Source: Cirrosporium novae-zelandiae (lineage: Eukaryota). From it: a stretch of DNA of 64,000 nucleotides. The stretch is from assembly GCA_026023565.1 (NCBI GenBank), contig JAPETS010000031.1, forward strand, positions 1 to 64,000. Reading direction: 5' to 3'. The notes beneath the pieces are model-generated. The model was not told the DNA's origin. It was given only the letters and a program-made list of their open reading frames with translations, and did no database searches. Positions 11,803 through 25,988 of this stretch are shown one piece after another (position 1 is the first letter of the stretch; the number at the start of each line of letters is the position of its first letter). A program made the position numbers and the translations under genes.

Positions 11803-14721
11803 TCTATTTTCTCTTCTATTCTTCTCTGAAATTGGTCGATTTGGCGTTAGACGAGAGATTCGAATAGATCATACCGCGGAAACACGATAAAAAGGGAGGT
11901 GGTGATGATATTCTGCGAAGCCGTGATTGTATTAAGTGATAATCGAAGGTTATCTAAACTAGAAGCGATCAAAGTGAAAAAAAAAGACTTCAAGTTGAAT
12001 AAAAGTGGATAAACGAGTGACTGAGAAGAAGAAAGTTGGCGAGGCTGTGTCGCTTCTTTTTCTCAATGAGCGAATGTTTCGAATGGTTTGAATCAGTCGA
12101 GTGATCAGGCCAGCAGATCAATATTCAAAACTGATAAGGTGCAGTTTTCTGGCTATGTTGAATCTGATCCTAGGCAAACTTGATATTGGCGACCAAGGGA
12201 ATTCGATGTCGGATCAGTAGAGGTGGGGGCGCATCGACCGCGTAGCCAACTGTACAGGAAGGAATGATTATAATGGGGGGTTAAGAGAACGATGATTGAC
12301 CTGCGATAGAGACCTGCTTATCGTGATGGAAAGTCAGCATGATTCAATAAAAACTAAGCAGACACAAGTTATCACCAGCCGATAGGCAGTCTCAACAGCA
12401 ACAGCTATCGAATGATTTCATCCTCAAGGGTAGTATCATGACAGGGACGCAATTGGCGGGATGAACCCCAGATGCGACAGAATTGAGAAGAGTATCGCAG
12501 TGAAGGGGAGAGGAAGCAGGAAGTCGATCTAATGGTGCATGGTGAACGTACGCAAAAGTTCCAGATGTGGTTAATTGATCATACTCAGCCTCTTGTTATA
12601 TCAAAGGTCAAACAGAGGGCGTCACAGGAACGGTGTTTGCTGCTGAGTTTTTTCGCCTTTCTTGTCAAGAGTCTTACCCAGAAAGATCCACAGCTTTCTA
12701 GGCTTCTTTTTACAAAATCTGCAGTCGAGCAGATAGAAAAATCGGGAAGACGGAATAGTCGTCGAAGAAGGAATAAACTCAAAAGAGCTTCAAGCTCATC
12801 TGGTGAGAGATGGGGGGGATAGATTGAAGGACGATACGACTAGATTGAGAGATATCAGTCTGAGTTCTCTCTCGGGAAGGTGAATCCTCGACAGGCATAT
12901 TGGCGGAGAAGACGAGAATCGATAGCGTGAAATCTGAGTGTTGGGCTGGGGTGGTCGCTGACAGGGAGTCTGAGGGGCCGGGGGAAGGAGATTGATGAAC
13001 TCTAGACATGGCTGTTTTTAGAGACGTTAAGTGGTTTGTTGAATTGGGAGTAGCTTTACGGCTGTCTTAACGACTTGGGATAATCCTACCAAGATGATTG
13101 GGGGGGTTACTGGGCTTTCGCTTGCCCCCGAAACACCGGCCTGATCTACCACCATATCGGGGGTGGTTTAACACTCGGCCTCCCGAAGGCTTGAGGGGAT
13201 TCCATGGTCAAAACGTGGACTTAGCAAAGTTTGCCAAGAATCTATTAATTAACCAAAGTCCCCGTACGCACATAACTAGGAGTTACACGGCAGCTACTAT
13301 GTCAGTAAATGTTGAATGTAGAAATCAAATATCTTACTCGAGTATGTCGGTCGGTGTTCAAAAAGTACACGAGTCTACTTGAGTATCAATTAATATAAAT
13401 TATGCAAATCTTATTCTTGACTTGTCCAAGGATCATTTTTCCCAGTTTTCTCCGATCCGTCAGTTGGTTGATTAATCTTTTGCTTCCGAGTTTCAGGTTA
13501 ACTCTCAAGACATTCAAGGCATGGCAAAAATTCAATGACTGGTTGCAACGGTCAAGGATGGCCTGACAACTTTCCGAGCACCACAAAACTCTCATTAATC
13601 TTAATATTATCATTGTCTCTACTTTATTACTATAGCACTCCTCGGGTGGAAGTAAAAAGTTTTTTTTATTTTATTTTATTTTTTTATGTATGGGGATCCT
13701 AAGGAGTCATCGAAATATTTATTTCCCTCAAACAAAGTACATTCTATCTTTTATATAATTATAATTATTTATCATTTTCTAGATGTAACAAATTCACACC
13801 TCATCTCTATTGTTGCATTCGAAGTATCCTCGAGAAATCTTAGTGCAAGTGATTTACTGATCCTCCTTGTACTTTGGGCAATAGTAGGTAGGTGCTGTTG
13901 AATCTTCGGAAATTTCTTGTATTTCGTTTCGTGCGTTAGGGATAGCTATTTGCTTTCCTTGCCTCATTATGCTTTGCACAACATCATCCTAGATTTTACT
14001 GCAATTTTGCGCATCGGCTTAGAAACAAGGGTAATCAGCACGTCAGATCTACCATGGGCTATGAATGATAAAAATGATGGGAGATTAGTATTTTCAGATA
14101 TCTTCCTTGCATGATCGGTTGATGATCGGTGACCGGTGAGAGACGTGCAGTACAAACATATATGTAATGCAATATCCTTGAGCAGTTACCAATTTCACGG
14201 TAATCCTGTTCACTGGAGCTGGTTCTTGACCTTCCTGTCTTGACATTCAGGTAAACGGTAAATAAGGAAATATCAAAAAATGAGGGAAATGAGAGAAATA
14301 ATTTTCTTCACAGAAAAGAGCTCCCAGTGAAATGTTAGCCTCTCATAAGCCACTGTGAGTTTACAGTGATTCTTGTTTTATGGCCCTATCCAGAAGTCAC
14401 ATCAGATTCTCTTCTAGAATATATTTCCATTGCACTGCACTTTCTTTATCCGTTCCAAACTAGACTTTGAGCAACCACTCTGCAACAATTAACACGCCCT
14501 TTCTTTCAATCTCATATGCCTTTCATAATGGCGTATTTCTTGAGAATCCTCTCTCCTGTAGAACAATGTTTATTCCCATTGCTCCAGTACCAACCGATCA
14601 ACAATTTGCATATCATGACATCAAAAAACTAGCCACATTGCCTTAGTCTTTTGAATACTTTCAGTTAGTTTCTTATACAGCACCTTGCAGTCCTATTAGA
14701 CAACACCCAAAACCCGATTTT

Positions 14722-16107
14722 ATGCAAGGTCGTTCTCCGAAAAACGGAACAACAAATTGCTACAACATGGAGTCGGGTTACCGAGCACCCAACAACCCTC
14801 AGTCAGTTCAGAAATCTTTCTTTCAGTCTGAGCTGATTATCCCTCACAGCCATGCTAAAAACTCTTCAATCTCTTCATTCTCAACGCCAACGATACCTTT
14901 ACATGAATCTCCTAGGACACCTCATCACACAAAAGCAAACATTGGCCGACATCGCCTCAAACCACCAGTCCATGAGCAATTGACTCCAACACCAAGTCAT
15001 AGTGCCGAGGTATCTAAGGTATTCTCAGATGCGCATACCACGATACAAAAAAACGTCGACTCTGTTCGGACACATGCAAGCAGAATACCCCTTCCTTCGA
15101 GCCCATTTCTTCAAAAGAGGCATCGCATCACTAATGATGATTTGGTTTGGTCCCCGGAACGGGGCACGGGTGATGGCGTAATAATAGCAAAACCACCGAA
15201 CAGTGGATTATCCTCGCTATCTATCCGAGAAAAAGAAAAAATACAGGGCCTCTATCCACAAATAGATATAGGGAAGTGTTTTAACTCCCCAGCTTCTTCA
15301 CTCTACATGCCCAAGGGAAATTTCCAATCGGGTTCTACGGATACATCAATCTCCCATGAGGACGATGGAGGAGTTAAACTATCAAACAACCTCTTGAGTT
15401 CCGAGGAGGAGGTCAAGGTACAAAACTGGCTCAAAACTATTTACTATGTTTCGCCTACGCAGACAGCAGTCGCTCAGATACCACATGGGGTTCCAAAACA
15501 AAAGAACCTAATTGATAGAATATGCCCGCCTCTCGAGAAGGAGATCAGGCCTGGATACAGGCTTGAGCTGCAGGAGGATCATTCTTACAAGTCTGAAACA
15601 GAGGCCCAGTCTTGGTCTCCGGGCGAATCAAACAATAAGGAAAATCACCCTCCTCTAGAGTCAAACTCGAGTTTAATTAATCCTCCGCGGTTCTCTAAGC
15701 TACTATTAGCCCCTCCTCGCACGCCTTCAAAAATATGTGCACTTCTTCCTGGACCAACTGGATATCTTTCCCAGCCACCTGTCCGCAAGAAACGTAGACC
15801 CTCCTATCCTAAATACAACCACACTTCGAACACTACACCTTTTAAGATTTTCGAGGACCCCGACTCACATGTACATGGAATAGGTACAGACATCGACTTA
15901 AGTCCCAACGTCACTCCGTATAGAAAAGGTCGGGAGCCGCCAAAGATACGCCAACCGAGTTACTGGGATGATAATATCCTCCCAGAAATGCTACCAAAGT
16001 TGAAAGGAAGAGCGGTATTTGCGGAGTTTAATGAGGAGAACCCAATAAAAGAAGGAACTGTTAAGGCGATTGTTGATGCGGTGGAAGAGAAAATTAGCCC
16101 AGGGTGA
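14722..16107 (+). CDS. Hypothetical, probably disordered protein
   Basis: 461-aa open frame, Ser/Pro-rich, with KENHPP and LSPNVTPYRKG; start codon uncertain. Confidence 0.65.
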   Translation: MQGRSPKNGTTNCYNMESGYRAPNNPQSVQKSFFQSELIIPHSHAKNSSISSFSTPTIPLHESPRTPHHTKANIGRHRLKPPVHEQLTPTPSHSAEVSKVFSDAHTTIQKNVDSVRTHASRIPLPSSPFLQKRHRITNDDLVWSPERGTGDGVIIAKPPNSGLSSLSIREKEKIQGLYPQIDIGKCFNSPASSLYMPKGNFQSGSTDTSISHEDDGGVKLSNNLLSSEEEVKVQNWLKTIYYVSPTQTAVAQIPHGVPKQKNLIDRICPPLEKEIRPGYRLELQEDHSYKSETEAQSWSPGESNNKENHPPLESNSSLINPPRFSKLLLAPPRTPSKICALLPGPTGYLSQPPVRKKRRPSYPKYNHTSNTTPFKIFEDPDSHVHGIGTDIDLSPNVTPYRKGREPPKIRQPSYWDDNILPEMLPKLKGRAVFAEFNEENPIKEGTVKAIVDAVEEKISPG

Positions 16108-16988
16108 GGATGAGAAACATGTTTGATTATTACGAGATGAAAAAGCTAGGGACTATGCAGCACGTTTTAAGCCCATAGCTTCGTAACCCTGGTTGGGTTT
16201 ATATCTCTGGGAGTCCAGGATTGAGTATTATCTATTACAGGAATTACATGCGTTAAACTCGACGTCTACACAAGTTATTATGCCTACTATACTCCCTCAG
16301 CCGATGCCCTTCGAATAGGTCGTTGAAAAATAGCATAGTGAAGAATATACATTTTTAAGATTCCGACCTCTTCAACATGTTATAGGCAAAGTTGACTATA
16401 ATTTATGTAATAATGGACTTTTATGTTAGGCTTCAGTATACCTAAAGACGATGTATTGGCTTATTTTATAAGGGATGGTTTCTCTACGGCCCCAGTAATT
16501 CTGTTTACCGGCCATGATCTTAAGAAATAATATTAGATATTGAGAGTAGGGGAAACAAAAAGCATAAAAACGGTTATCTGTAAATTTCACGAGTGTTCGC
16601 ATACAATCGGATAGCAGTTGGCGTTAAGAAAGTCAATATCCTTTCGAAGTGGCAATATATAGTAAGTATTGGTAGAAAAGCAATGAACGTCTCCAATTGA
16701 ATCCACCTATTACGACAAGCAACGTTCTAGATAGAATGAGTCACATTCAAAACAGGAGTGTTGAACATAACCTTTACAGATTGAAGCTATGATGGAAGGT
16801 TGAGTCACTGTATACTATACAAGAGAAATATAGTTTTTTTCATAGACTCAAAGACAAGTTGACTCACTGGTATTGATAGTTGCCACTGCGATATTAGAAA
16901 AAATAGTGTTAATTCCCATTGTTTGGTGGTACACTACAAAGTTGAGGATCACAACTAAATTGTTAAGAAGTTCAGGCAGAATATATTG

Positions 16989-17042
16989 TAGCCTTAGGCT
17001 TTAGCACCCCGCAAACCCTTAAGCGAGGGCAAAAAGCCCTGA
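16989..17042 (+). promoter_or_regulatory. Cluster of ARCCYTRA-like (Tbf1/Dde-box-like) motifs upstream of RPS27
   Basis: TAGCCTTAG, AAACCCTTAA and AAGCCCTGA about 180-230 bp upstream of a ribosomal protein start; resembles motifs I recall from ascomycete RP promoters. Confidence 0.35.
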
Positions 17043-17215
17043 GTATTTACCACATTAGAGCTAAGCTTTACTCCACTCACCATTTCAAGGCTTCACATCT
17101 TTTACAACGACCTCATCGACTCGCCAGCACCATCTTTCAACCCATACCTACGGTTTCCTCCTTCTATCAACTCACAAGCCAAATCAATACCGTTCGATAG
17201 ATTCAAGTCGTCAAG

Positions 17216-18206
<991 letters not shown>

Positions 18207-19109
18207 ACGACACATGCTTTATCCGATCCAACCGACTGCCAAAGTTTACGACGATGATTACGATAAGGATGGACATTGGGCACGGACGATGGATAGCGCA
18301 TGGCGGTGGACATAGTACTTACTCCGGAGGAACATTTTTCATTGCTGTGTGATTGATTGATTGATTGACGATGACAAACGGTTGCAAGATAGAAGATGGA
18401 AGCCAACCTCCAACCAAAAAAATCAAAAGAAAGATTTTCTCTTTTAAAAAGGGAGGGAGTTCCGGATATCTGGCATGGCATGCATTTGGTAGCCTGTGTT
18501 GCCTGTTGTTGTTGACGATTGGTGATGGTGGATAGGGCACTCTCGAAATGCAAGCTTTCTCTTTACTTTTGATGACGTTTTAAAACTGGTTGATGACTTC
18601 CTTCATTGCATTGTTTCCTGCCGTAAACGTGTTACGCTGCAGGGCGATGTTCGAACATTGTGAGGAAGCGATGTGGGCATCCGATTACACCCTCCTAACC
18701 TAAGAAAAATGTGACAATCCCACCAAAAAAAAAAGCCAGATCTCTCCTTGTATGTCTTCTCACTGTGCTGTACCATTATCAATCATTCCCTTGATACTCA
18801 CTACATAAAAGAAACCCGCTATTTGTAATTTTTGTCATCAACCTTACAGTTTTTTTTCTAGCTTTTTTTTTTCAGACTTTCATTGTGTTGTTGTATAAGA
18901 ATGTTGGTATAAAACTATTATAGATCTCCCCCCTATCTATCGCCAACCCAGTAAACCATACACAATTCAAATCTCTAAGTAAATCGTTAACCATAAAAAC
19001 CATGAATATATACTATAGTGAAACATATGTGATAGCGTACAAACCGAGTAACAACACCCCTTCCTCCCACTAAAGCAAAATCTCCTATGGAGGACATTGG
19101 GCCATTGAC

Positions 19110-20825
19110 CTACTTCCCCGTCCCTCCAGCCTCAGCCAGATGCGCCTCCAAACTTCCAAACAAATCCACATCCCCATCTGAGAAATGGACATCCTTTTCC
19201 TTCTCTTTATCACCACCTACATCCTCTTTCTTTTGGTCCGGATCTGCCTCCGTCATCTCGATGTCATCTTTGGGGTTTACGGGTACATCCTCCTTTGGTT
19301 CACTTTCTATCTTAGTAATAGTAATAGTAGCAGTAGTAGTATCTTCAGCCACAGTTCCAGGCTCCGGTGCCGTTAATCCCTCAAGTGGGTTGTGATCTTC
19401 AGGCAATGTAGCTTTTGTTGCATCGGAGGGAGACTGCTTTGGAGGGGAGGCGACGGTAATTTTTTCTTCTGCGGGTGGTGCTGCAAATTCTGTGACCTCT
19501 GCTGTAGGTGGTTGAGGAGATACTCTTGTAACTTCTAAGTCTGTAGCTGGCGCATCAGGGAGGTCTGGTTGATCAGGTTGTATGCGCTGTTGTGACTGGA
19601 GTGCTAGCGGGAGGTCTGGTGAGCTGGACAGTTCTCTTCCAGGAGGAGCTGTCGGAGGTGGAAGGGAGGGGATTGGCGCAGAGGATGTGAGGATTGGCTC
19701 AGGGGCCTGTGAAATAGACTTCCGTTTAGGTGGAAGCTTTGCAGGTGAAGTGGATGGAGAATGCGATGACTCGGATAACTCGCCCTCCTCTTTATCCGAG
19801 TCATCACCTTCCTCGTCTTCGTCGTTTGAGGTGCCTTCTTCATCTGCGTCTCCCATTTCCGTGTCTCCATCTCTTTTTACTGCGTTCACTTGACTGCCTG
19901 TATCCTCCTGCTTTACCATCTTCACGTTGACGTCGGGTTGTTCTGTGGTAGTAGTTACAGATGTCTGTGGCCGGGGGGGAACAAAATCCACTTTCTTTTT
20001 CCTGCCTCTTCCTGGACCTTTTGGTTTTCTCCTTGGAGGTTTTGGCCTCTTCCTAATAGGCTGTTCATCATGAGGAACGACAACACCTTCTGAATTTACA
20101 ATTCCAACTCCCTCTACTACGTCTCCTGGGGCGGGTGCTCCCCTTAGAGGTTCTTCCTCGATAATCTCTCCCTCAATGGTCTGACCTTCTGGAACTAGTA
20201 CCTCCCAAACATAAGTATTCCCCTCTGCATCTATTCTCCGGACCTTTGCTTTCTTCATAGAGCCCGTACTAAGAGCGACAGATCCATAGACCGTTAAAAG
20301 TCCTTTGCGGCGCTTTGCGAGAAACTCGGGCTCAGGGAGTTCGTGCTCTTTCGGAACGAGAGACCATCGTTTGAGGAGAAAGCCCTTTTCAGGGTCGGAG
20401 GGTTCAGCTTCAGTTTCTCCCGCGCCGGTGCTACTACTATTCTTTTCGCCATCGACATCCTTTAGCTCATCACCCACCCCCTTCTCCTCTTTTGGTTTGA
20501 CCACCCTCCCCATTCTCGCCGCCCTCAAAAGCGCCCGACTCATTGGGCTTAATAGTCCAGCTTCTTTCGGCATGGGGAGCTCCGGCCAGGCATTTTCGGA
20601 ATTAGAAGAGGCATTGGGATCAGCGGGTTTGGGGGGTACGCCAAAAGTCTGAGGGGTTCGTCGCCAGTGTCGGATCGGAAGGCCATCGAATACATCGTGG
20701 TCGATCTGAGCAGCGCGTTCGCGACGAGCTGCGCGGTTGCGGTACTAGATAGAGGCGAATAGTTAGAATTGGGGGATAGAGGAAGGATATCTAAAAAACT
20801 GCAGGAGGGTACTTACGGGTGCCAT
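19110..20825 (-). CDS. Conserved fungal hypothetical protein (acidic/Pro-rich, basic NLS-like stretch); exons 20825-20817 and 20744-19110
   Basis: 9-nt first coding exon ATGGCACCC|GTAAGT; intron with CTAAC...TAG gives MAPYRNRAARRERAAQIDHDVFDGLPIRHWRR, in frame with the 487-aa ORF; KGPGRGRKKK. Confidence 0.8.
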
Positions 20826-21665
20826 TGACGGGGACTGACCCTCCAGATAACGTGGATTATATATAGATGTGACGTTGTAATAATGTATGGACGGTAAGTT
20901 ATGATGTGCAATGCTAGACAAGGTGCCTAGGGAATTACCTAATTACAAAATGAGAGTCACGTTACACGAGAATTGTTCCCTTTCCCCATACTTTAGTATT
21001 TGTATTAATTACACCATACACCTGAAAATATTTAAAAATCCGAAATTTCATCCTAACATCTAAGATTATTATAATTTTACGTTTAAAAAATATCAAATAA
21101 GGATCTACTGTCAATTAGCTATAGATGTTAGGGCTGTAGGTCTGGCTGTCTAATATTCTTGACTACTCGGGCCCCTTAGGTATCTATACATGAGTTATTC
21201 TCAGTTATACATATGTAGATACTTTGCTAGGATGACCACGATAATCTCAAAGCCATGAGAGCTATTCATGGTTGAACAAAAGAGCACTAAATTCGAAATC
21301 CTGCATATGTCTTCACTATTCATGCATTTCATTCGCATTCATCATCTATTCTGCGAGACTATGATCGATAATTAATTACCTGATTTGATAATGTACCCAA
21401 TACATTATAATTAGTGCTACCTCAAATCCTTGAAGGGTATGAGTTGGCACAGCCTCAGCCTGATTTCTAGTTGTAAAATTAATGGAACCGATACTGTCAG
21501 ATAATCAACTAAAGCCTTTCGTCTGAATCTTTCATCTTATTCTCCTAACAGTGTCAACTGATATTTGGTACTTTATCTTCCAAAGTTCAAGTTATCTCCA
21601 TCCGCTGGTGATCAAGATAAGCCTTACTTAAACCCACTCGAATCCACGTCGTTTCAATCAATAAA

Positions 21666-24622
21666 ATGGAGACTGTCGGCCTCGTCGCTAGCATTGTTCA
21701 GCTAATTGATACAACAAGCAAGGTCATAAATTATATCGACGACGTGAAAGGAGCTCATAAGGAGCAAGTTGCGCTTGCAAGAGAAGCAAAAAACACTGTG
21801 GCTCTTCTGAAAAAGCTGAAAGATAAGGCAGAAGAACAAGAAAAGGCGGAACGGAAAGAGTCAGATAGTTGGTGGACCACCGTACAGGATCTAGGAGTAG
21901 AGGATGGCCCGTTCGATCAGCTGAAGGAAGGAATGAAAATGGCTGAGAAATTCAAATCCGAGTCAGGATCGAAGCAATTCTATAGGAGCGTATTTTGGCC
22001 ACACACCAAAAAGCAATTCAAGCGGCTCCTAGACCAGACTGAGCGGGTCAAGTCTTTGATTTCTCTAGCTCTCACAGACAAGTTGATGTAGGTTTTGTAA
22101 ATCATCTATGAAATTCGTGTCCTAAACAATGGCAGGTTCCAATCAAGTAGACTAGTGGAGCAGACCAAGTCGATCAAAGAAGATACTGTCTTCCTCAAAC
22201 AAAGCGTTTCGACATCTGAAATGCAACAGCAAATACAGCTTGATGATAAACAAACAATTACTGACTGGATTTCGCCAATTGACTATGCTATCCAATACAC
22301 TGATTTCATTAAAGTCCGTCAAGAGGAAACTGGCCTGTGGCTTATCGAATCCCCAGAGTTTCAAACATGGCTTAAGACTCCAAAAACGACTCTATTTTGT
22401 CCAGGAATACCAGGAGCTGGAAAAACTATGATGGCAACAACTGTGATCGAGTACCTGTGGAACACCTTTGCAGTAGAAGAAACCGAAAATATAGGAGTTT
22501 CTTTCCTATATTGTAACTTCAAGCGACAGAACGAGCAGACGATTGATGACTTGGTTGCTGCCCTCATAAAGCAACTTATACAGGAACAACCGTTGGTTCC
22601 CGGATGTGTCAAAAATCTTTATGATACCCACCATGACCGGAAAACAAGGCCTTCACTGAGTGAACTTTTGAAAACGCTTGGTTTGGTCATTGATACCTAC
22701 CCAACGGTATTTATTATTGTTGATGCTTTGGATGAATGCTCTATCATTGATCGTATACGTGTGGATTTCCTTGATAATATCCTAAAGCTACAGCTACACG
22801 GAGATATTAGGTTACTCCTGACTTCACGGTTTGTTCCTGATATTACGGAGAAACTTGAAACGAAACCTACCCTCGAGGTTAAGGCCAGTGACGCAGACGT
22901 GCGAAAATATGTGCGAGCCTATCTACCGAAACTAGGGAAATGCGTATTGAACAGCGTTGATTTGCAAGAAAAAATAATATCAACAATTATCGAAGCTGTT
23001 GAGGGAATGCACGTACTTCAAATCCTTCCGGATGAAAATAAATGCTAATAAGTATAACTAGGTTCCTGCTTGCCAAGCTTTATATTGACTCCCTTAGGGG
23101 CAAGGCAACAGCACGAAATATCAAAACTGCATTAAGCCAATTCCAGAAGAACGGGAGAAATCTGGAAATTGCGTACAAGGATGCCCTGGAGAGGATAGAC
23201 AATCAGCCACAAGATCATAGAGAATTAGCCCGCAAGGCTATATCCTGGATCGTGTGTGCAAAGCGGCGACTCACAATCCAGGAGCTACAGGAAGCGCTAG
23301 CCGTGGAACCGGAAGATACAGATCTTGACAAAGATAACTATCCGGACATGGATGAAATAAGAAGCTGGTGTGTAGGCCTAGTTACAGTTGATGAAGAAAG
23401 TAACATTGTTCGGCTAGTCCATTACACCGCCCAAGAGTACTTTGACAGGAAACTAGATGAATGGATTCCAACCGGAAAAATGTATATTGCTAGGACTTGC
23501 CTTACGTACCTATCTTTTGAAACCTTTGCTAGTGGTCACTGCTCTACGGACGAGAAATTCAAGTCAAGAGCGGATAGCCACTCTCTTCTGGATTACACTT
23601 CAAACTTCTGGGGCGAACACATGATTACAAACTCAGAAGCCGAAGTAGAAAATTTAGCCTTAAAATTTCTCCAAGACGAGTCCTTGACCCAAAGTGCTGC
23701 ACAGGCTATGTTTATTGATATTGGGGAGTACTCTCGATATTTTAGAGCTAAGGGAACAGGTTTACATTTTGCGGCACATTTTGGACTAGATAAATTGTTG
23801 TTATCTCTCATAAGAAAAAATCAATTTTTAGACGTGAGGGATCAAAACGACAATACCCCACTGACGTGGGCAGTAATACAAGGCCAGGAAGCTACGGTGA
23901 AGTTGTTGGTAGATCAAAAAAACGTTGATGCGGATAATAAAAACAAAAACGGCTGGACGCCCCTAATATTTGCAGCGGAAAATAGTGATGAAAATATAGT
24001 GAAATTTCTGGCAGAACGGGACGACGTTGATACGGATAATAAAGATAAAAACGGCTGGACGCCCCTGATATATGCAGCGAATAGAGGTCATGAAAATATA
24101 GTGAAATTTCTGGCAGAACGGGACGACGTTGATACGGATAATAAAGATAAATACGGCCAGACGCCCCTGATGTTTGCAGCGGATAAGGGCCATGAAAATA
24201 TAGTACAATACCTAACCGAACATGAAGTGGACGTGAATTTAAAAGATGATGATGGTCAGACGGCGTTGATGTGTGCTGCAGAACATGGCTACACAGATAT
24301 AGTACAATTCCTAGCTGAGCATAAAGACGTGGATGTGGATTCAAAAGATATCCGGGGCTGGACAGCGTTGATATATGCTGCAAGAAGCGGCTATATAAAT
24401 ACAGTACAATTCCTAGCCGAACATGAAGACGTGGACGTGCATTCAAAGGATGATAATGGCTGGACGGCTTCGATGCATGCAGAGTATCTTGCAGAGCATC
24501 CTGCAAAGCATCTTGCAAATCCTTTTACAAAACATGCTTCAGAGAATATTACTAAGGATAACTTCGAAAAAATAGCAGAATACCTCCGTGAAGTCGAAGA
24601 CACACCAGATGACTCAGACTGA
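21666..24622 (+). CDS. Fungal NLR-like STAND protein: HeLo-like N-terminus, NACHT, ankyrin repeats; introns 22088-22135 and 23009-23061
   Basis: METVGLVASIVQLID N-terminus; Walker A GIPGAGKT; Walker B IIVDALDE; GMFLLAKL across the second intron; about 8 ankyrin repeats (G.TPL..AA..G...IV.FL). Confidence 0.92.
23922..24480 (+). repeat. Tandem ~102-bp coding repeats (ankyrin array with high internal conservation)
   Basis: Units starting at 23922, 24024 and 24126 are near-identical at DNA level (e.g. ATGAAAATATAGTGAAATTTCTGGCAGAACGGGACGACGTTGATACGGATAATAAAGATAAA); later units form a second subgroup. Confidence 0.92.
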
Positions 24623-25596
24623 CATATCTCAACAACCCTCCGAGCCTCTATCAGACTCTTCCTCATCTCCATCTCCATCTCCATCGAACTAGGACCCACT
24701 GCCTAAGCCTCTCGTTAGTACGTTTCACAGACCACCCGTTCTTATATATTTCCTTGTTTGCTTGACTGTTTCTTCATTTTTGGGATTTTCGGTTTAGGGG
24801 AGGAAGGGGTTTTGCTACTTGATGGATAGAGGGATGGAGGGGAGAGAGGGGATAGGAATGCCCCTTATCAACTTGATGCAGATAATGAGGTTTGTAATAC
24901 GCAGCAAAAACATAACAACAACGATGACGACAGTAACGATAATATCTAAGAAACTTACAAGCAGAGTCAAAAAAAAAAGGAGGGGGGGATGACCAACTAA
25001 GAATGATCAAGACGGGATACGATTTACCATTTGTTTTTAATATTCTTATTTCTTATTCCTTATATGTACATGTATCTAGGGTAGGATAGGATAGGGGCGC
25101 ATCATTGTTTCCAAGCAATCTATCTATTTATCTAATCTATCTATATAAAATCCCAAATCTACATATATGTACCTAGGTACCTAGGTATCTAGGCATTGGT
25201 AGAACAGCTGACTAATTAAATAATGAGTGGTGAATTTATAAGCCCCCCCCCTCCCTCCCCCTTATCACATACCACATACCACGTATCACATAGGACTACC
25301 AATCCCCCTTTCTATTCAATCCTATCCCTATCCAACCTTCTACCACAGTAGAACAAACAACAACATACATACACACACAAAAAAAGGGGTCGGAGGGTTC
25401 ATCATCATTATCATTATCACTAAAAACCTACCTACCCAATATTAACAGGCTAAAAAAGTCAAGAGAGGAGAAAAAAAAGGAGGGAGAGATTTCATTTTGT
25501 TTGAGGGCTTGAGAGGGGACTGGGGATTGGGTTATTTCCATTTTTCTCTTGGTTTTGATCTTGGTGTTTCTTGGAGGCTTTTGGGGAATGGATATA

Positions 25597-25630
<34 letters not shown>

Positions 25631-25988
25631 GGAGATAGTGATGGAAAGAATATTTGTGGGGATTTTTGGGGAAAGGGGAAGAAAGAAATAGGGAAGGAGG
25701 TGGGATGGGCTTGGGTGAGACTACGTGATCGTGTGTGTGTATGTGTGTGTGTGTGCGTGTGTGGGAGACATGGAAATATTAACTAATGGTTTAGTGATGG
25801 TGGTATGTTGTATTTAGATTAGATTAGTCTAGATGAATGAATGGATTGGTGTTGAGTAAATATACTTTATAATGTATATACCATTAATAATTCCCAAGAT
25901 AGATTACGTACAGTTAGTTAGTTCAAGTTTGAGAGAAGGAGAATGTCTAATCTGTATATCAATTATATTGCATTCCCCCTTTACCTTC

